Source: Candidatus Micrarchaeia archaeon
GTDB taxonomy: Bacteria > Chloroflexota > Dormibacteria > Aeolococcales > Bog-877
Length of the DNA stretch: 64,000 nt
NCBI GenBank assembly: GCA_035533215.1
Contig: DATLUG010000006.1
Coordinates: forward strand, 3,958-67,957
Direction: 5' to 3'
The notes below the pieces were generated by a model that worked only from the letters and a program-made list of their open reading frames with translations, did no database searches and was not told the DNA's origin. Positions 9,102 to 17,564 of the stretch are shown here, one piece after another. Each line of letters opens with the position of its first letter. Position 1 is the first letter of the stretch. The translations under genes were made by a program, and so were the position numbers.

Positions 9102-10544
9102 TCAGAAGCCGAGGAAGAGCGGCCGCGCCGCCCGCTGGGCCAGCCCGATCAGGGGGCCCGCGACCGGGCCGCCGAGGACGAGGGCGAGCCCGCACAGCCC
9201 CAGCCCGCACGCCACCAGCGGCTCCGGCCAGGAGACCTCGTCGCCCTCGGCGTCCGGGTCCAGCAGCACCGCGGCCCAGCGCAGCCCCGCCGCCCCGGCC
9301 AGCACCAGCGCCAGCGCCGCCACCCAGGCGACCCACCCGTAGCCGGCCGCGACCGCCGCGCCCAGGACGCTGAACCAGCTGAGGAAGCCGGCCAGCGGCG
9401 GCAGCCCGACGAGGGCGACGAGGACCAGCACCAGCGCCGCGCACGGCCCCGGCGAGCGTCCCCAGAGCCCGCGCAGCCGCTCCCGTCCGCTCCGCTCCTC
9501 GCCCACCCAGAGCACCACCCCGAGGCTGCCGGCGGCGAGGGGGGCCAGCAGCAGGGTGGCGAAGAGGGCCGCCGCCGCGCCGTGGCGGCTCTGCGCCGGC
9601 AGGGCGGTGAGCACCAGCGCCCCGTCCCCCGCGAGCAGGAGCAGGACCAGCTGGCGCAGGGTGCCGGCGCGGAGCGCCAGGGCCGCCGCGACCAGGGCGG
9701 TGCCGCTCCCCAGCACCGCCACCAGCACCGTCCAGGCGGCCGGGACGTGGGGGAAGCCGGCCTCGAGGACGCGCACCAGGGCGGCGAGGTCGGCGGTCCC
9801 CCCCACGACGCACACCGCCAGCACCGCGGCCAGCGGCGCCCGCCCGGCGCCGCTGGCGCGCCAGCCCAGGAACGGCCCCAGCCCCAGCAGCGCGCCGCCC
9901 CCCATCACCAGCGCGGTCGCCGCCAGCACCTGGGCCGGGTGGGGATGGGCGAGGGCGCGGGCGACCACCGCCAACCGGGTGGAGCCGGTCAACCCGTAGG
10001 TGACGACCACCCCCAGGAGGAGGCAGGCCACACCGGCGGCCAGCAGGCAGAAGGTCTGGAGTGCGGCGGCCGCCGCGGCCCCGTCCAGCTTGCGCAGCCC
10101 GACCAGAAGGCTCGCCGCCACCGCCGCCACCGTCAGGCCGACCGCGATCGTGACCAGATCCTGGCTGGCGGCGGTGACCATGCCGCCGAGGGTGAGGAGG
10201 AGGACCAGCGCGGTGAACTCCCCCTGCAGCGGCCAGAGGTCGCGGGCGGCCGCGGCGGTGCAGCAGAGCACCGCCACCGTCCCCGCCAGCAGGACGGCGT
10301 GGAGGAAGAGCGCGTAGCGGTCGACGAGGAAGCTGCCGTGCTCGATGTCGGGCACCGCCGGGCCCAGCGAGGGGTGCCAGAGCAGGACGCTGTCGGCGAA
10401 GGCGAAAAGGCAGGCGGCGATCCCGATCGCGGTCACCACGGAGGCGGGGTGCTCCCCGCGCCGACGCCCGGCGGCGAGGGCCGCCGCCGCGCCCAGCAGG
10501 ATCACCCCCTCGGGGCCGAGGTCGGCGAGGAAGCCCAGGGTCAC
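9102..10544 (-). CDS. NuoN-like antiporter-family membrane subunit, highly divergent
   Basis: FLVDRYALF, GEFTALVLL, YGLTGS, LRGLWGRSP, LVGLPPLAGF; GTG start overlaps the upstream TGA. Confidence 0.8.
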   Translation of the reverse strand: MTLGFLADLGPEGVILLGAAAALAAGRRRGEHPASVVTAIGIAACLFAFADSVLLWHPSLGPAVPDIEHGSFLVDRYALFLHAVLLAGTVAVLCCTAAAARDLWPLQGEFTALVLLLTLGGMVTAASQDLVTIAVGLTVAAVAASLLVGLRKLDGAAAAAALQTFCLLAAGVACLLLGVVVTYGLTGSTRLAVVARALAHPHPAQVLAATALVMGGGALLGLGPFLGWRASGAGRAPLAAVLAVCVVGGTADLAALVRVLEAGFPHVPAAWTVLVAVLGSGTALVAAALALRAGTLRQLVLLLLAGDGALVLTALPAQSRHGAAAALFATLLLAPLAAGSLGVVLWVGEERSGRERLRGLWGRSPGPCAALVLVLVALVGLPPLAGFLSWFSVLGAAVAAGYGWVAWVAALALVLAGAAGLRWAAVLLDPDAEGDEVSWPEPLVACGLGLCGLALVLGGPVAGPLIGLAQRAARPLFLGF

Positions 10545-12160
10545 CGAGGGCCCCCGCCCGCCGCCAGGACCAGCGCCGCGCCCACCACCGGCAGCGCCGG
10601 CACCGCCGGCACGATCGCAGCGGGCGCCTCGGCGGCGAGACGCCCGGAGACCAGGTCGGTGCCGTTGACCATGTAGGGCAGGAAGCGGCCCGACCCGAGC
10701 CCGAACAGGAGCAGGAAGGCGGTGAGGACCGCCCCCGCGTAGAGCTCCGAGCCCTCGGCGTCGCGCAGCCGGGGCACGTTCTCCCCCGGCGGCCCCAGGA
10801 ACACCCGGCTCCCGGCCCGCCACAGGGCCGCCCCCAGGACCAGGATCGCCAGGCAGCCCGCGGCCACCCCGTAGCGATGGGCCGGGAAGGTGCCCACGAA
10901 GACCTGGAGGAGGGCCGGGAAGCCCGCCAGCAGCGGGATCCCCACCACCCCCCCGGCCCCCACCACCCACAGCAGGCTGAGCCGGGGCGCCGGCTGGCCG
11001 CAGCCGCCCAGGTCGCTGAGCCGGCGGGCCCGGAGGCGCTCGGTGAGCGCGCCCGCGACCAGCAGCAGGAGCGGGAGGGCGAGGCTGGCCGCGAGGAGCA
11101 GGTAGAGGGCGCCGGCGATCGAGGTCTCGGAGGAGCCCACCATGCCGAGGACCACCAGGCCGCCCACGCACACCACCACGTAGCCGATCAGCCGGCGCAG
11201 CTCCTGGACGGCGTAGGCGCCGAAGGCGCCCCAGAGCATGGTGAGCACGGCCAGGCCCAGCAGGGGGGTGGCGAGGTGGTCGGCCCCCCGGGGGGCGGCG
11301 TCCAGCGCCACCCGGGCCAGGGTGTAGCCGCCGGTGAGCAGGCCGGTCGCGACCGTCAGCATCGCGATCGGCGGTCCCGAGGAGGAGACGGCGTCGATCA
11401 CCGGCAGGTGGCCCGGCACCAGCCCCATCCGCAGGATGCACGCCGCCACCACCAGCGCGAAGACCCCGGTCGAGACCCCGTGGGGCAGGGTCAGCTGGGT
11501 GGACAGGGTCCCGAGGTCGAGGCCCCGCTGGCCGGCGCGGCCCGAGAGCAGCAGCGCCGCACAGACCAGCAGGCCCGAGCCGAGCAGCCAGCTGGTGAGG
11601 AGGCGGCGGGCGGCGCGGGCGGCCCGGGGGCCGCCCCCGAGGCGGACCAGGAGGGCGACCGGGGCCACCGGCCAGAGGAAGAACAGGATGAGGAGGCCGA
11701 GGTCGTAGGCGGCGAGGCATCCCAGCAGCCCCACCCCGCTGAACAGGAGGAGGCCGAAGTGGAGACGGGTGCGCTCGCGCACCCGCCACGAGGCCAGCAC
11801 CACGACCACCAGCAGGATGGTGGCGACGAAGAGGAGCGGGAAGTTCAGGCCGTCGCCGCCGAGGTGGTAGCCCACCGGGACCGGCACCCCGGGGACCCAG
11901 CCGGCGCGGACCGCGGGCTGGGCCAGCCCGCCCTGGCCGGCGTTGGCGAGGACCCCGAAGAAGTCGAAGCCCGCGAACACGAACGAGACGAGGGCCGCCC
12001 CCAGGGCGGTCACCCGAACCCGGAAGCGCTGGAGGTCGGTCGCCACCGGAAGGCAGGCGATGATCCCCGCCCCCACCAGCGGCGCGAACACGATGATCGA
12101 GAGGGTGACGTCGGGCGGCGCCGCCGACCCCGCCAGCGCGACCAGGGCCGAGGCGATCAC
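10541..12160 (-). CDS. NuoM-like antiporter-family membrane subunit, divergent
   Basis: YHLGGDGL, AAYDLGLL, ELRRLIGY, LTERLRARRLSDLGG, GIPLLAGF, RVFLGP; GTGA coupling. Confidence 0.85.
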   Translation of the reverse strand: MIASALVALAGSAAPPDVTLSIIVFAPLVGAGIIACLPVATDLQRFRVRVTALGAALVSFVFAGFDFFGVLANAGQGGLAQPAVRAGWVPGVPVPVGYHLGGDGLNFPLLFVATILLVVVVLASWRVRERTRLHFGLLLFSGVGLLGCLAAYDLGLLILFFLWPVAPVALLVRLGGGPRAARAARRLLTSWLLGSGLLVCAALLLSGRAGQRGLDLGTLSTQLTLPHGVSTGVFALVVAACILRMGLVPGHLPVIDAVSSSGPPIAMLTVATGLLTGGYTLARVALDAAPRGADHLATPLLGLAVLTMLWGAFGAYAVQELRRLIGYVVVCVGGLVVLGMVGSSETSIAGALYLLLAASLALPLLLLVAGALTERLRARRLSDLGGCGQPAPRLSLLWVVGAGGVVGIPLLAGFPALLQVFVGTFPAHRYGVAAGCLAILVLGAALWRAGSRVFLGPPGENVPRLRDAEGSELYAGAVLTAFLLLFGLGSGRFLPYMVNGTDLVSGRLAAEAPAAIVPAVPALPVVGAALVLAAGGGPR

Positions 12161-14238
12161 GGGGCCGCCCCGCCGGCGTGGTGGAGCCCGACCCAGAGGG
12201 CGAAGCCGGCCACCGCCAGGACGAAGGTGGCCACCGTTGCCGCCGCGGCCGCCTCGCGGCGCCACAGGCACACCCGGTCGAGCCATCCGGCCGCCCCCCG
12301 CACCGCGTCCCCCACCGCTTGGAAGCCCGCCCCCTCGATCCTGGCGTCGACCGCCAGCAGCGCGCGTCCGGGCGCGGTGAGCAGCACCCGCTCAGCCGCC
12401 CCGAGCCCGCCGAGGGCGAGCGCCGCCGCCGCCGGCCTCGCCGGGTCCGGTCCGCCGCCGAGCTCGACGGAAGGGGGGCGGAGCCCATCCGTCTGCCCCA
12501 CGGGCGGTCGGGCGGGGCCGAGCCGGCCGCGCCAGCCGACCCAGGCGGCCGCCGCCGGCAGGGCCAGGGTCAGGAGCAGCGCCGCCCCGTTCACGGGAAG
12601 GCCCGGACCGCCGGGCGGGGTGGCGACGAAGGCCCCCAGGCTCGGCCCCACCCCGGGCAGGACCGCCAGCCCGCTGACCAGCGCGAGGCCGGCCGCCCCC
12701 AGCAGGGCCGGCGCGAGGGTCCGCCCGCCGCGGTCGGGCCGGGCGTGGGGCCGGCGGGGGTGGCGCCGCGGCGACGCCGGCTGCGGCTCGGGGATGGGGG
12801 CCAGCCCCCGCGCCACCGCGGCGGCGGCGGCGGCGCCGGCCACCACGACCCCGACCCCGGCCAGCAGCCGGGCCACCGGGTCGATCGCGGTCCCGGCCGG
12901 CAGCCGGGCGGCCCAGGCCGCGCCGAGGATGGCGGAACGGGCGAAGAACGCGCCCATCCCGACCCCGCCCCCGAGGGCGAGGCACCCGAGGAGGCAGGCC
13001 CACCCCACCGGCCCCTGGGACCGCATCGCCAGCCAGGACGGGCGGGGACCGCCGCCGCGGGCCGCCATCACCCCCAGCGCTCCGAGGACGGCGGGCGTCG
13101 CCAGCGCCACCGTGGCCGCCAGCGCGGCGGCGCCGGCCACCGTCCCCAGCCCGACGCCGACGACCGCGGTGGCCAGGCCGCTGGCGGCGAGCCAGAGCAC
13201 CCGGCGGTCCAGCGGACCGGTGCGGAACGCCAGCACGGCGAAGCCGGCGGCGGCGGCGGCGGCGGCGACCACCACCGCCGGGAGCACGTGGGTCGCGACC
13301 TCCAGCAGGACCACGGTGCGGCTGAGCACCGCCACCCCGCCCAGGCCCAGGCCGACGACCGCGATCCAGGCCGTGGCCACGCCCGCCGCCGACGTGGCCC
13401 GGCGCGAGACCGCGGTGAGGGCGACCGCCGCCACCAGGACGGCGGCCGCGGCCAGCTCCAGCACCGCGGCGAGGACCAGGGAGCGCGCCCCCACCCCGGT
13501 GACGGTGCCGTGCGGCGCCGCCAGCCAGCGGCCGGCGAGCGCCACGAAGCTGAAGCCGTCGGCGTAGGTGGCCGAGGGGTGGCGTCCGGAGGTGGCGGCG
13601 GCCTCGATCGCGCCCGAGAACTTGGCGTCCAGGAAGACCGCCGCCAGGACCAGGCCCACCGCGGCCAGCCAGCCGGCCAGGAACAGCCGGCGCGCCGCGA
13701 TCCGAAGGCCGACGGTGTGGGCGTCGTCGGCGGCGGCGAGGTAGCCGGCCAGAGCCAGGAGCCCCACCGCCGCGGCCGCCTGCACATACCCCGGTGCCAG
13801 CACCAGCCCCAGCGCCGCCGCCGTCGCGAGCGCCACCGCCCGGTGGAGGACCACGGTCTGGCCGGCGGCCCTGGAGGTGGAGAGGAGGAAGCACTGGAGG
13901 GTGAGCGCCGACACCGAGACCGCGAGGGCGAGGGTCACGCTGAGGGGGTCGACCAGGATCCCGACCGAGGGCTGGAGGGTCGCCGCCAGCAGGGTCCTGG
14001 TGGCGGCATTGAAGGGGGTCTGGATCACCGGGTAGGTGAAGACCGGCACCGTGTTCTGGTACGTGGGCCGACCCTGGGCGAGCTCGAAGCCGAGGAGGAG
14101 GACCGCGGCGACGACCACCAGCATCGCCCCCACGGTGAGGGTGACCGCGATCGCCCGGCGGGTCTCGACCGCATAGCTGAGGACGATGAAGGCGAGGGGG
14201 AGGAAGCAGACCGCCCACCCCAGGTTCAGCAGGGTCAC
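12157..14238 (-). CDS. NuoL-like antiporter-family membrane subunit, highly divergent
   Basis: About 693 aa, hydrophobic; GILVDPLSVTL, LGLVLAPGY, GAFFARSAIL; C-terminal amphipathic region AVDARIEG; J-K-L-M-N gene order. Confidence 0.75.
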   Translation of the reverse strand: MTLLNLGWAVCFLPLAFIVLSYAVETRRAIAVTLTVGAMLVVVAAVLLLGFELAQGRPTYQNTVPVFTYPVIQTPFNAATRTLLAATLQPSVGILVDPLSVTLALAVSVSALTLQCFLLSTSRAAGQTVVLHRAVALATAAALGLVLAPGYVQAAAAVGLLALAGYLAAADDAHTVGLRIAARRLFLAGWLAAVGLVLAAVFLDAKFSGAIEAAATSGRHPSATYADGFSFVALAGRWLAAPHGTVTGVGARSLVLAAVLELAAAAVLVAAVALTAVSRRATSAAGVATAWIAVVGLGLGGVAVLSRTVVLLEVATHVLPAVVVAAAAAAAGFAVLAFRTGPLDRRVLWLAASGLATAVVGVGLGTVAGAAALAATVALATPAVLGALGVMAARGGGPRPSWLAMRSQGPVGWACLLGCLALGGGVGMGAFFARSAILGAAWAARLPAGTAIDPVARLLAGVGVVVAGAAAAAAVARGLAPIPEPQPASPRRHPRRPHARPDRGGRTLAPALLGAAGLALVSGLAVLPGVGPSLGAFVATPPGGPGLPVNGAALLLTLALPAAAAWVGWRGRLGPARPPVGQTDGLRPPSVELGGGPDPARPAAAALALGGLGAAERVLLTAPGRALLAVDARIEGAGFQAVGDAVRGAAGWLDRVCLWRREAAAAATVATFVLAVAGFALWVGLHHAGGAAP

Positions 14239-14615
14239 GCCGCGGGTCCCCCCCCGTCCACGGTGGCGGCCGCGGGCACCGCCTCCGCCCGGGGCCCCGG
14301 GGGCGGGTCGGGGAGGGCCAGGTCCGCCTGGGCCAGGCTCTCCAGCGCGCGCCGGCGGGCGACGACGGCGAGCGCGGCGCCGGCGCCGACCACCGCGGTC
14401 GCGCAGACCAGCACCACCAGCGCCAGCACCGCGCCGGTCGCCGCCCGCCCGGGGTCGGCGAGGCCGAAGCCACTCGCGCCCAGCATCACGCCGCTGAAGA
14501 GGATCGCGATCCCCACCAGCTGGCCCAGGGCGTCGCGGCGGGCGATGACCCCGTAGCCGCCCACGGCGACGAGGCCGGCGGCGAGGCCGAGGGCGACCGC
14601 GGCGGCCGCGGTCAC
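14235..14615 (-). CDS. NuoK-like subunit, divergent
   Basis: Three TM helices, GGYGVIARRDALGQLVGI resembles G..G...RRN; position between the J-like and L-like genes. Confidence 0.75.
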   Translation of the reverse strand: MTAAAAVALGLAAGLVAVGGYGVIARRDALGQLVGIAILFSGVMLGASGFGLADPGRAATGAVLALVVLVCATAVVGAGAALAVVARRRALESLAQADLALPDPPPGPRAEAVPAAATVDGGGPAA

Positions 14616-15199
14616 GGGCGCAGCCCCCGCCGGGCGGCGCGGGCGGCGGCGCGCTGGGCGGCCCGGGCCCGCTGGGCCGCGACCCGGCGCCGGTGCGCCT
14701 CGACGGCGGCGACCTCGGCCGCCTCGCGATGGTCGCGGACCGCCACCGCCGCCCCGATCGCCGCCACCATCGCCACCAGCACCACCGCCAGCTCCACCGG
14801 GACGGCATAGCCGAGCAGGAGGGTGTGCCCGACCGACGGGCCGGGTCCGGGCCGATGGACCCACGCCCTCCCGGTGCTGACCCCGATGCCGACCAGCAGA
14901 CCGCAGAGCCCCACCGCCGCCCCGGCGGCCGGCCCCGATCGGGCCCAGCCGCGGGTCGGCTCGCCCCCCTCCGTGCCGGGATCGGCGAGCGGTGCGAGCA
15001 GGAGCAGCTGGGCCACCAGCCCCAGCAGCAGCTGGGCGACCGCCACCACGACCAGCCCGGCGACGAGGAGCGCCAGCCCGAGCGCGAGCTGGCACAGCCC
15101 GAACGCCGCCAGCGTCGCACCGCGGCCCTGGCGGAGGGCCGCGGTGCCGGCCGCCCCCAGCGCCACCCCGCCGAGGGCCGCCACGGCGACGGCCGTCAT
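14612..15199 (-). CDS. NuoJ-like subunit, divergent (alternative GTG start at 15289)
   Basis: Five hydrophobic segments; VGHTLLLGYAVPVELAVVLVAMVAAIGA matches the NuoJ C-terminal G..L...Y..PFE motif. Confidence 0.75.
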   Translation of the reverse strand: MTAVAVAALGGVALGAAGTAALRQGRGATLAAFGLCQLALGLALLVAGLVVVAVAQLLLGLVAQLLLLAPLADPGTEGGEPTRGWARSGPAAGAAVGLCGLLVGIGVSTGRAWVHRPGPGPSVGHTLLLGYAVPVELAVVLVAMVAAIGAAVAVRDHREAAEVAAVEAHRRRVAAQRARAAQRAAARAARRGLRP

Positions 15200-15298
15200 C
15201 GGCGGGAGCGGGGCGCGGCGCGCCGGCGACGCGCGGCCGGTCGTGGCCCCGGCCGCCGGGCGGCGGGGCGCGAGAGGGCCGTCGCGCACATCCGCGCC

Positions 15299-15304
15299 AT
15301 TGTA
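15299..15304 (-). promoter_or_regulatory. Putative -10 element (TACAAT) for the nuoJKLMN-like operon
   Basis: ATTGTA on + strand in the gap between the polyprenyl synthase and the nuoJ-like gene. Confidence 0.55.
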
Positions 15305-15384
15305 GGGAGGGCGGCCGGGGGCCACCGGCGGGCGACCGGGGAGGCGACGGGGGCCCCTGCCCCCCCGCGGTCCCGCCGGCCCCG

Positions 15385-16881
15385 TCAGCGGTCGCGGACC
15401 ACCAGGCGGTCGGTGTAGGCGGCGAGGCGCCGCCGGGCCCGATCCGGCAGCGGCGCCAGCGCGGCCAGGGCCTCCGCCGACCACTCGTCGGCGAGGGCCC
15501 GGGCCGCGGCCAGCGCCCCGCTCTGCCGCACCAGCCCCACCACCTGCAGGCTGGCCGCCTCCGCCGCCGGGCCCGGGTCGGCGGCGTCGAGCCGGCGCAG
15601 GGCCGAGAGGACGTCGGCGCGAGCCGCCCCCCGCAGCGCGCAGATCAGCGGCAGGGTGCACAGCCCCTGGGCCAGGTCCAGCCCGGCCGGCTTGCCGGTC
15701 AGCAGCGGGTCGGCGAAGTCCAGGCAGTCGTCGATCCCCTGGAACGAGAGCCCGAGGAGGTGGGCGTAGCGGAGCAGGGCGCGCCGCTGGGGCCAGGGGG
15801 TGCGGCTGAGCCGGGCCCCGGTCTCCACGCAGGCGCCCAGGAGGGCGCCGGTCTTGCCCGCCGCCACCTGCCGGTAGCCACCGAGCTGGGCGGTCCAGCG
15901 GCGGCGTCCGTCCAGCTCCCGCAGCTGGGCCTCCGCGATCCGCACCAGGGAGCGGGTGATCGCCCGGGCGATCGCGGGGTCGCCGAGGCCGCAGAGCAGC
16001 TCGGCCGATCGGCCGAGGTAGTGGTCCCCGACCGCGAGCGCTGTCAGCGCCCCGCGATCGCTGGCGACCGTCGGGGCCCCGCGGCGCGAGGCCGCCCCGT
16101 CGACCAGATCGTCGTGGCAGAGGGTGGCGGCGTGGAGGAGCTCGATGGCGGCGGCGCCGACCACGGCCCGCTCGGGGTCGTAGCGGGGCCCGACCTCAGC
16201 GGCGAGGAGGACCAGCCCGGCCCGCAGCCGCTTGCCGCCCGCCCCCAGCAGGAGCGCCATCGGGCCCGCCAGCCCCGGGGGGTCCTGGAGCAGGCGGCCG
16301 CCCAGCCATCGCTGCACCGGGTCCCGGGAGGCGCGCAGCCGGTCCAGCGCCGGGGTGTCGGCCGGGGCAGGCCCCAGGGCGGCGCCGCCGCCCGCGAGCG
16401 CCGCCCCGGCGCGCCACCACCTGGCCTGCGCCGTCCCCGGAAGCCGCGCCGCCGACGCCCCGGCGAGGCCGCAGGCGGGAAGGAGCTGGCGGGCCGCCCG
16501 GGCCGCCTCGTCGCCGGCGGCGAGGGCGCCGGCGGCCGCCGCCACCCCGCGGGCGAAGGCCGCCTGCACGACCAGGTCGGAGTGGCCCGACAGCGCCTGG
16601 GAGGCGCGGGCCAGGCAGTAGTCGCCGGCCAGGGTGGCGAGTCCGACCGGCTCCTCCCGGGTGGCGGCGGCGTGGTGCCACTCCAGCGCCCGCTCCACCA
16701 GCTCGGCGGCAGCGGCGGCGTGGACCGCGCCCGCCCCGGCCCGCTCCCCGGACGCCGCCGCCCGCAGGGTGAGCCGGGCCGGCAGGCCCAGGCTGGGGCG
16801 AGCGCGGCCGAGACCGCGGGACCAGGCGAGGCGCGACACCACCGCCTGGGTCTCGGTCAGCATCGGCGCCGCGATCGCCAT
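15385..16881 (-). CDS. Long-chain trans-polyprenyl diphosphate synthase with an N-terminal degenerate synthase-like domain
   Basis: C-terminal GGKRLR, ELLHAATLCHDDLVD (FARM), RRG, KTGAL, FQGIDDCLD (SARM); N-terminal AELVERALEWH and LAGDYCLARA lack DDxxD. Confidence 0.85.
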   Translation of the reverse strand: MAIAAPMLTETQAVVSRLAWSRGLGRARPSLGLPARLTLRAAASGERAGAGAVHAAAAAELVERALEWHHAAATREEPVGLATLAGDYCLARASQALSGHSDLVVQAAFARGVAAAAGALAAGDEAARAARQLLPACGLAGASAARLPGTAQARWWRAGAALAGGGAALGPAPADTPALDRLRASRDPVQRWLGGRLLQDPPGLAGPMALLLGAGGKRLRAGLVLLAAEVGPRYDPERAVVGAAAIELLHAATLCHDDLVDGAASRRGAPTVASDRGALTALAVGDHYLGRSAELLCGLGDPAIARAITRSLVRIAEAQLRELDGRRRWTAQLGGYRQVAAGKTGALLGACVETGARLSRTPWPQRRALLRYAHLLGLSFQGIDDCLDFADPLLTGKPAGLDLAQGLCTLPLICALRGAARADVLSALRRLDAADPGPAAEAASLQVVGLVRQSGALAAARALADEWSAEALAALAPLPDRARRRLAAYTDRLVVRDR

Positions 16882-16947
16882 CGCCCTCCATGCGACCGAA
16901 CCCGGCGGCCGTGTGTCAAGTGTGCGGAGTCGGAGGGGCGGGGCGGC

Positions 16948-17247
16948 TCAGCGGCCGCGGCCGCCGGAGCCGGGCCACGCCCGCCCGAGCGCCGCCGCGC
17001 CGCCCAGCCCCACCAGCGCCGCCACCACCGCGAGAACGAAGAGCGGGGTGGGGTGGGCGCCCCCGAGGGCGGGGACCGCGGCCACCAGGACCGTCAGCGC
17101 GACCAGCCCCAGCCATGCGATGGGTCCCGGGAGCCGGAGGCGGCCGAGGCCGGAGGCAAGGGCCCCGAGGCCGCGGTCGGGCCACCAGGCCGTGACCCCC
17201 GCCGCCGCCGCCGCCGCGACGATCGCCGCCGCCGCCGCGGCGATCAC
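16948..17247 (-). CDS. Small 3-TM membrane protein, possibly a degenerate NuoA
   Basis: 99 aa, three hydrophobic segments, GTG start overlapping the upstream TGA. Confidence 0.5.
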   Translation of the reverse strand: MIAAAAAAIVAAAAAAGVTAWWPDRGLGALASGLGRLRLPGPIAWLGLVALTVLVAAVPALGGAHPTPLFVLAVVAALVGLGGAAALGRAWPGSGGRGR

Positions 17248-17564
17248 CGGGTCCCGTCCTTGGTCGCGGCGACCGCCCCCAGCGGCCCGGCGGGCGCCGA
17301 GGTGGTGATCACGAAGGCGAGGAGGAGGAAGGCGACCGTCGCCGCCAGGAGGGTGACCACCGAGACCCCGCCCGCCACCACCGGGCCCTCGCCGGCGTTC
17401 AGCTGGGCCAGCTGGGCCCCCCCCGCGACCGCCAGCGCCAGGGCCACCCCCCACAGCGCCGCGCGCCGGCGCTGCCACGCCGCCCGGACCGCCACCACCA
17501 CGGCGAAGCACCCGAGGCCGGCGAAGCAGAGGAGGACCACCCCGATGATCCAGGAGAACTTCAC
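17244..17564 (-). CDS. Small 3-TM hypothetical membrane protein
   Basis: VKFSWIIGVVLLCFAGLGCFAVVV...; GTGA overlap with the mnmA stop. Confidence 0.6.
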   Translation of the reverse strand: MKFSWIIGVVLLCFAGLGCFAVVVAVRAAWQRRRAALWGVALALAVAGGAQLAQLNAGEGPVVAGGVSVVTLLAATVAFLLLAFVITTSAPAGPLGAVAATKDGTR

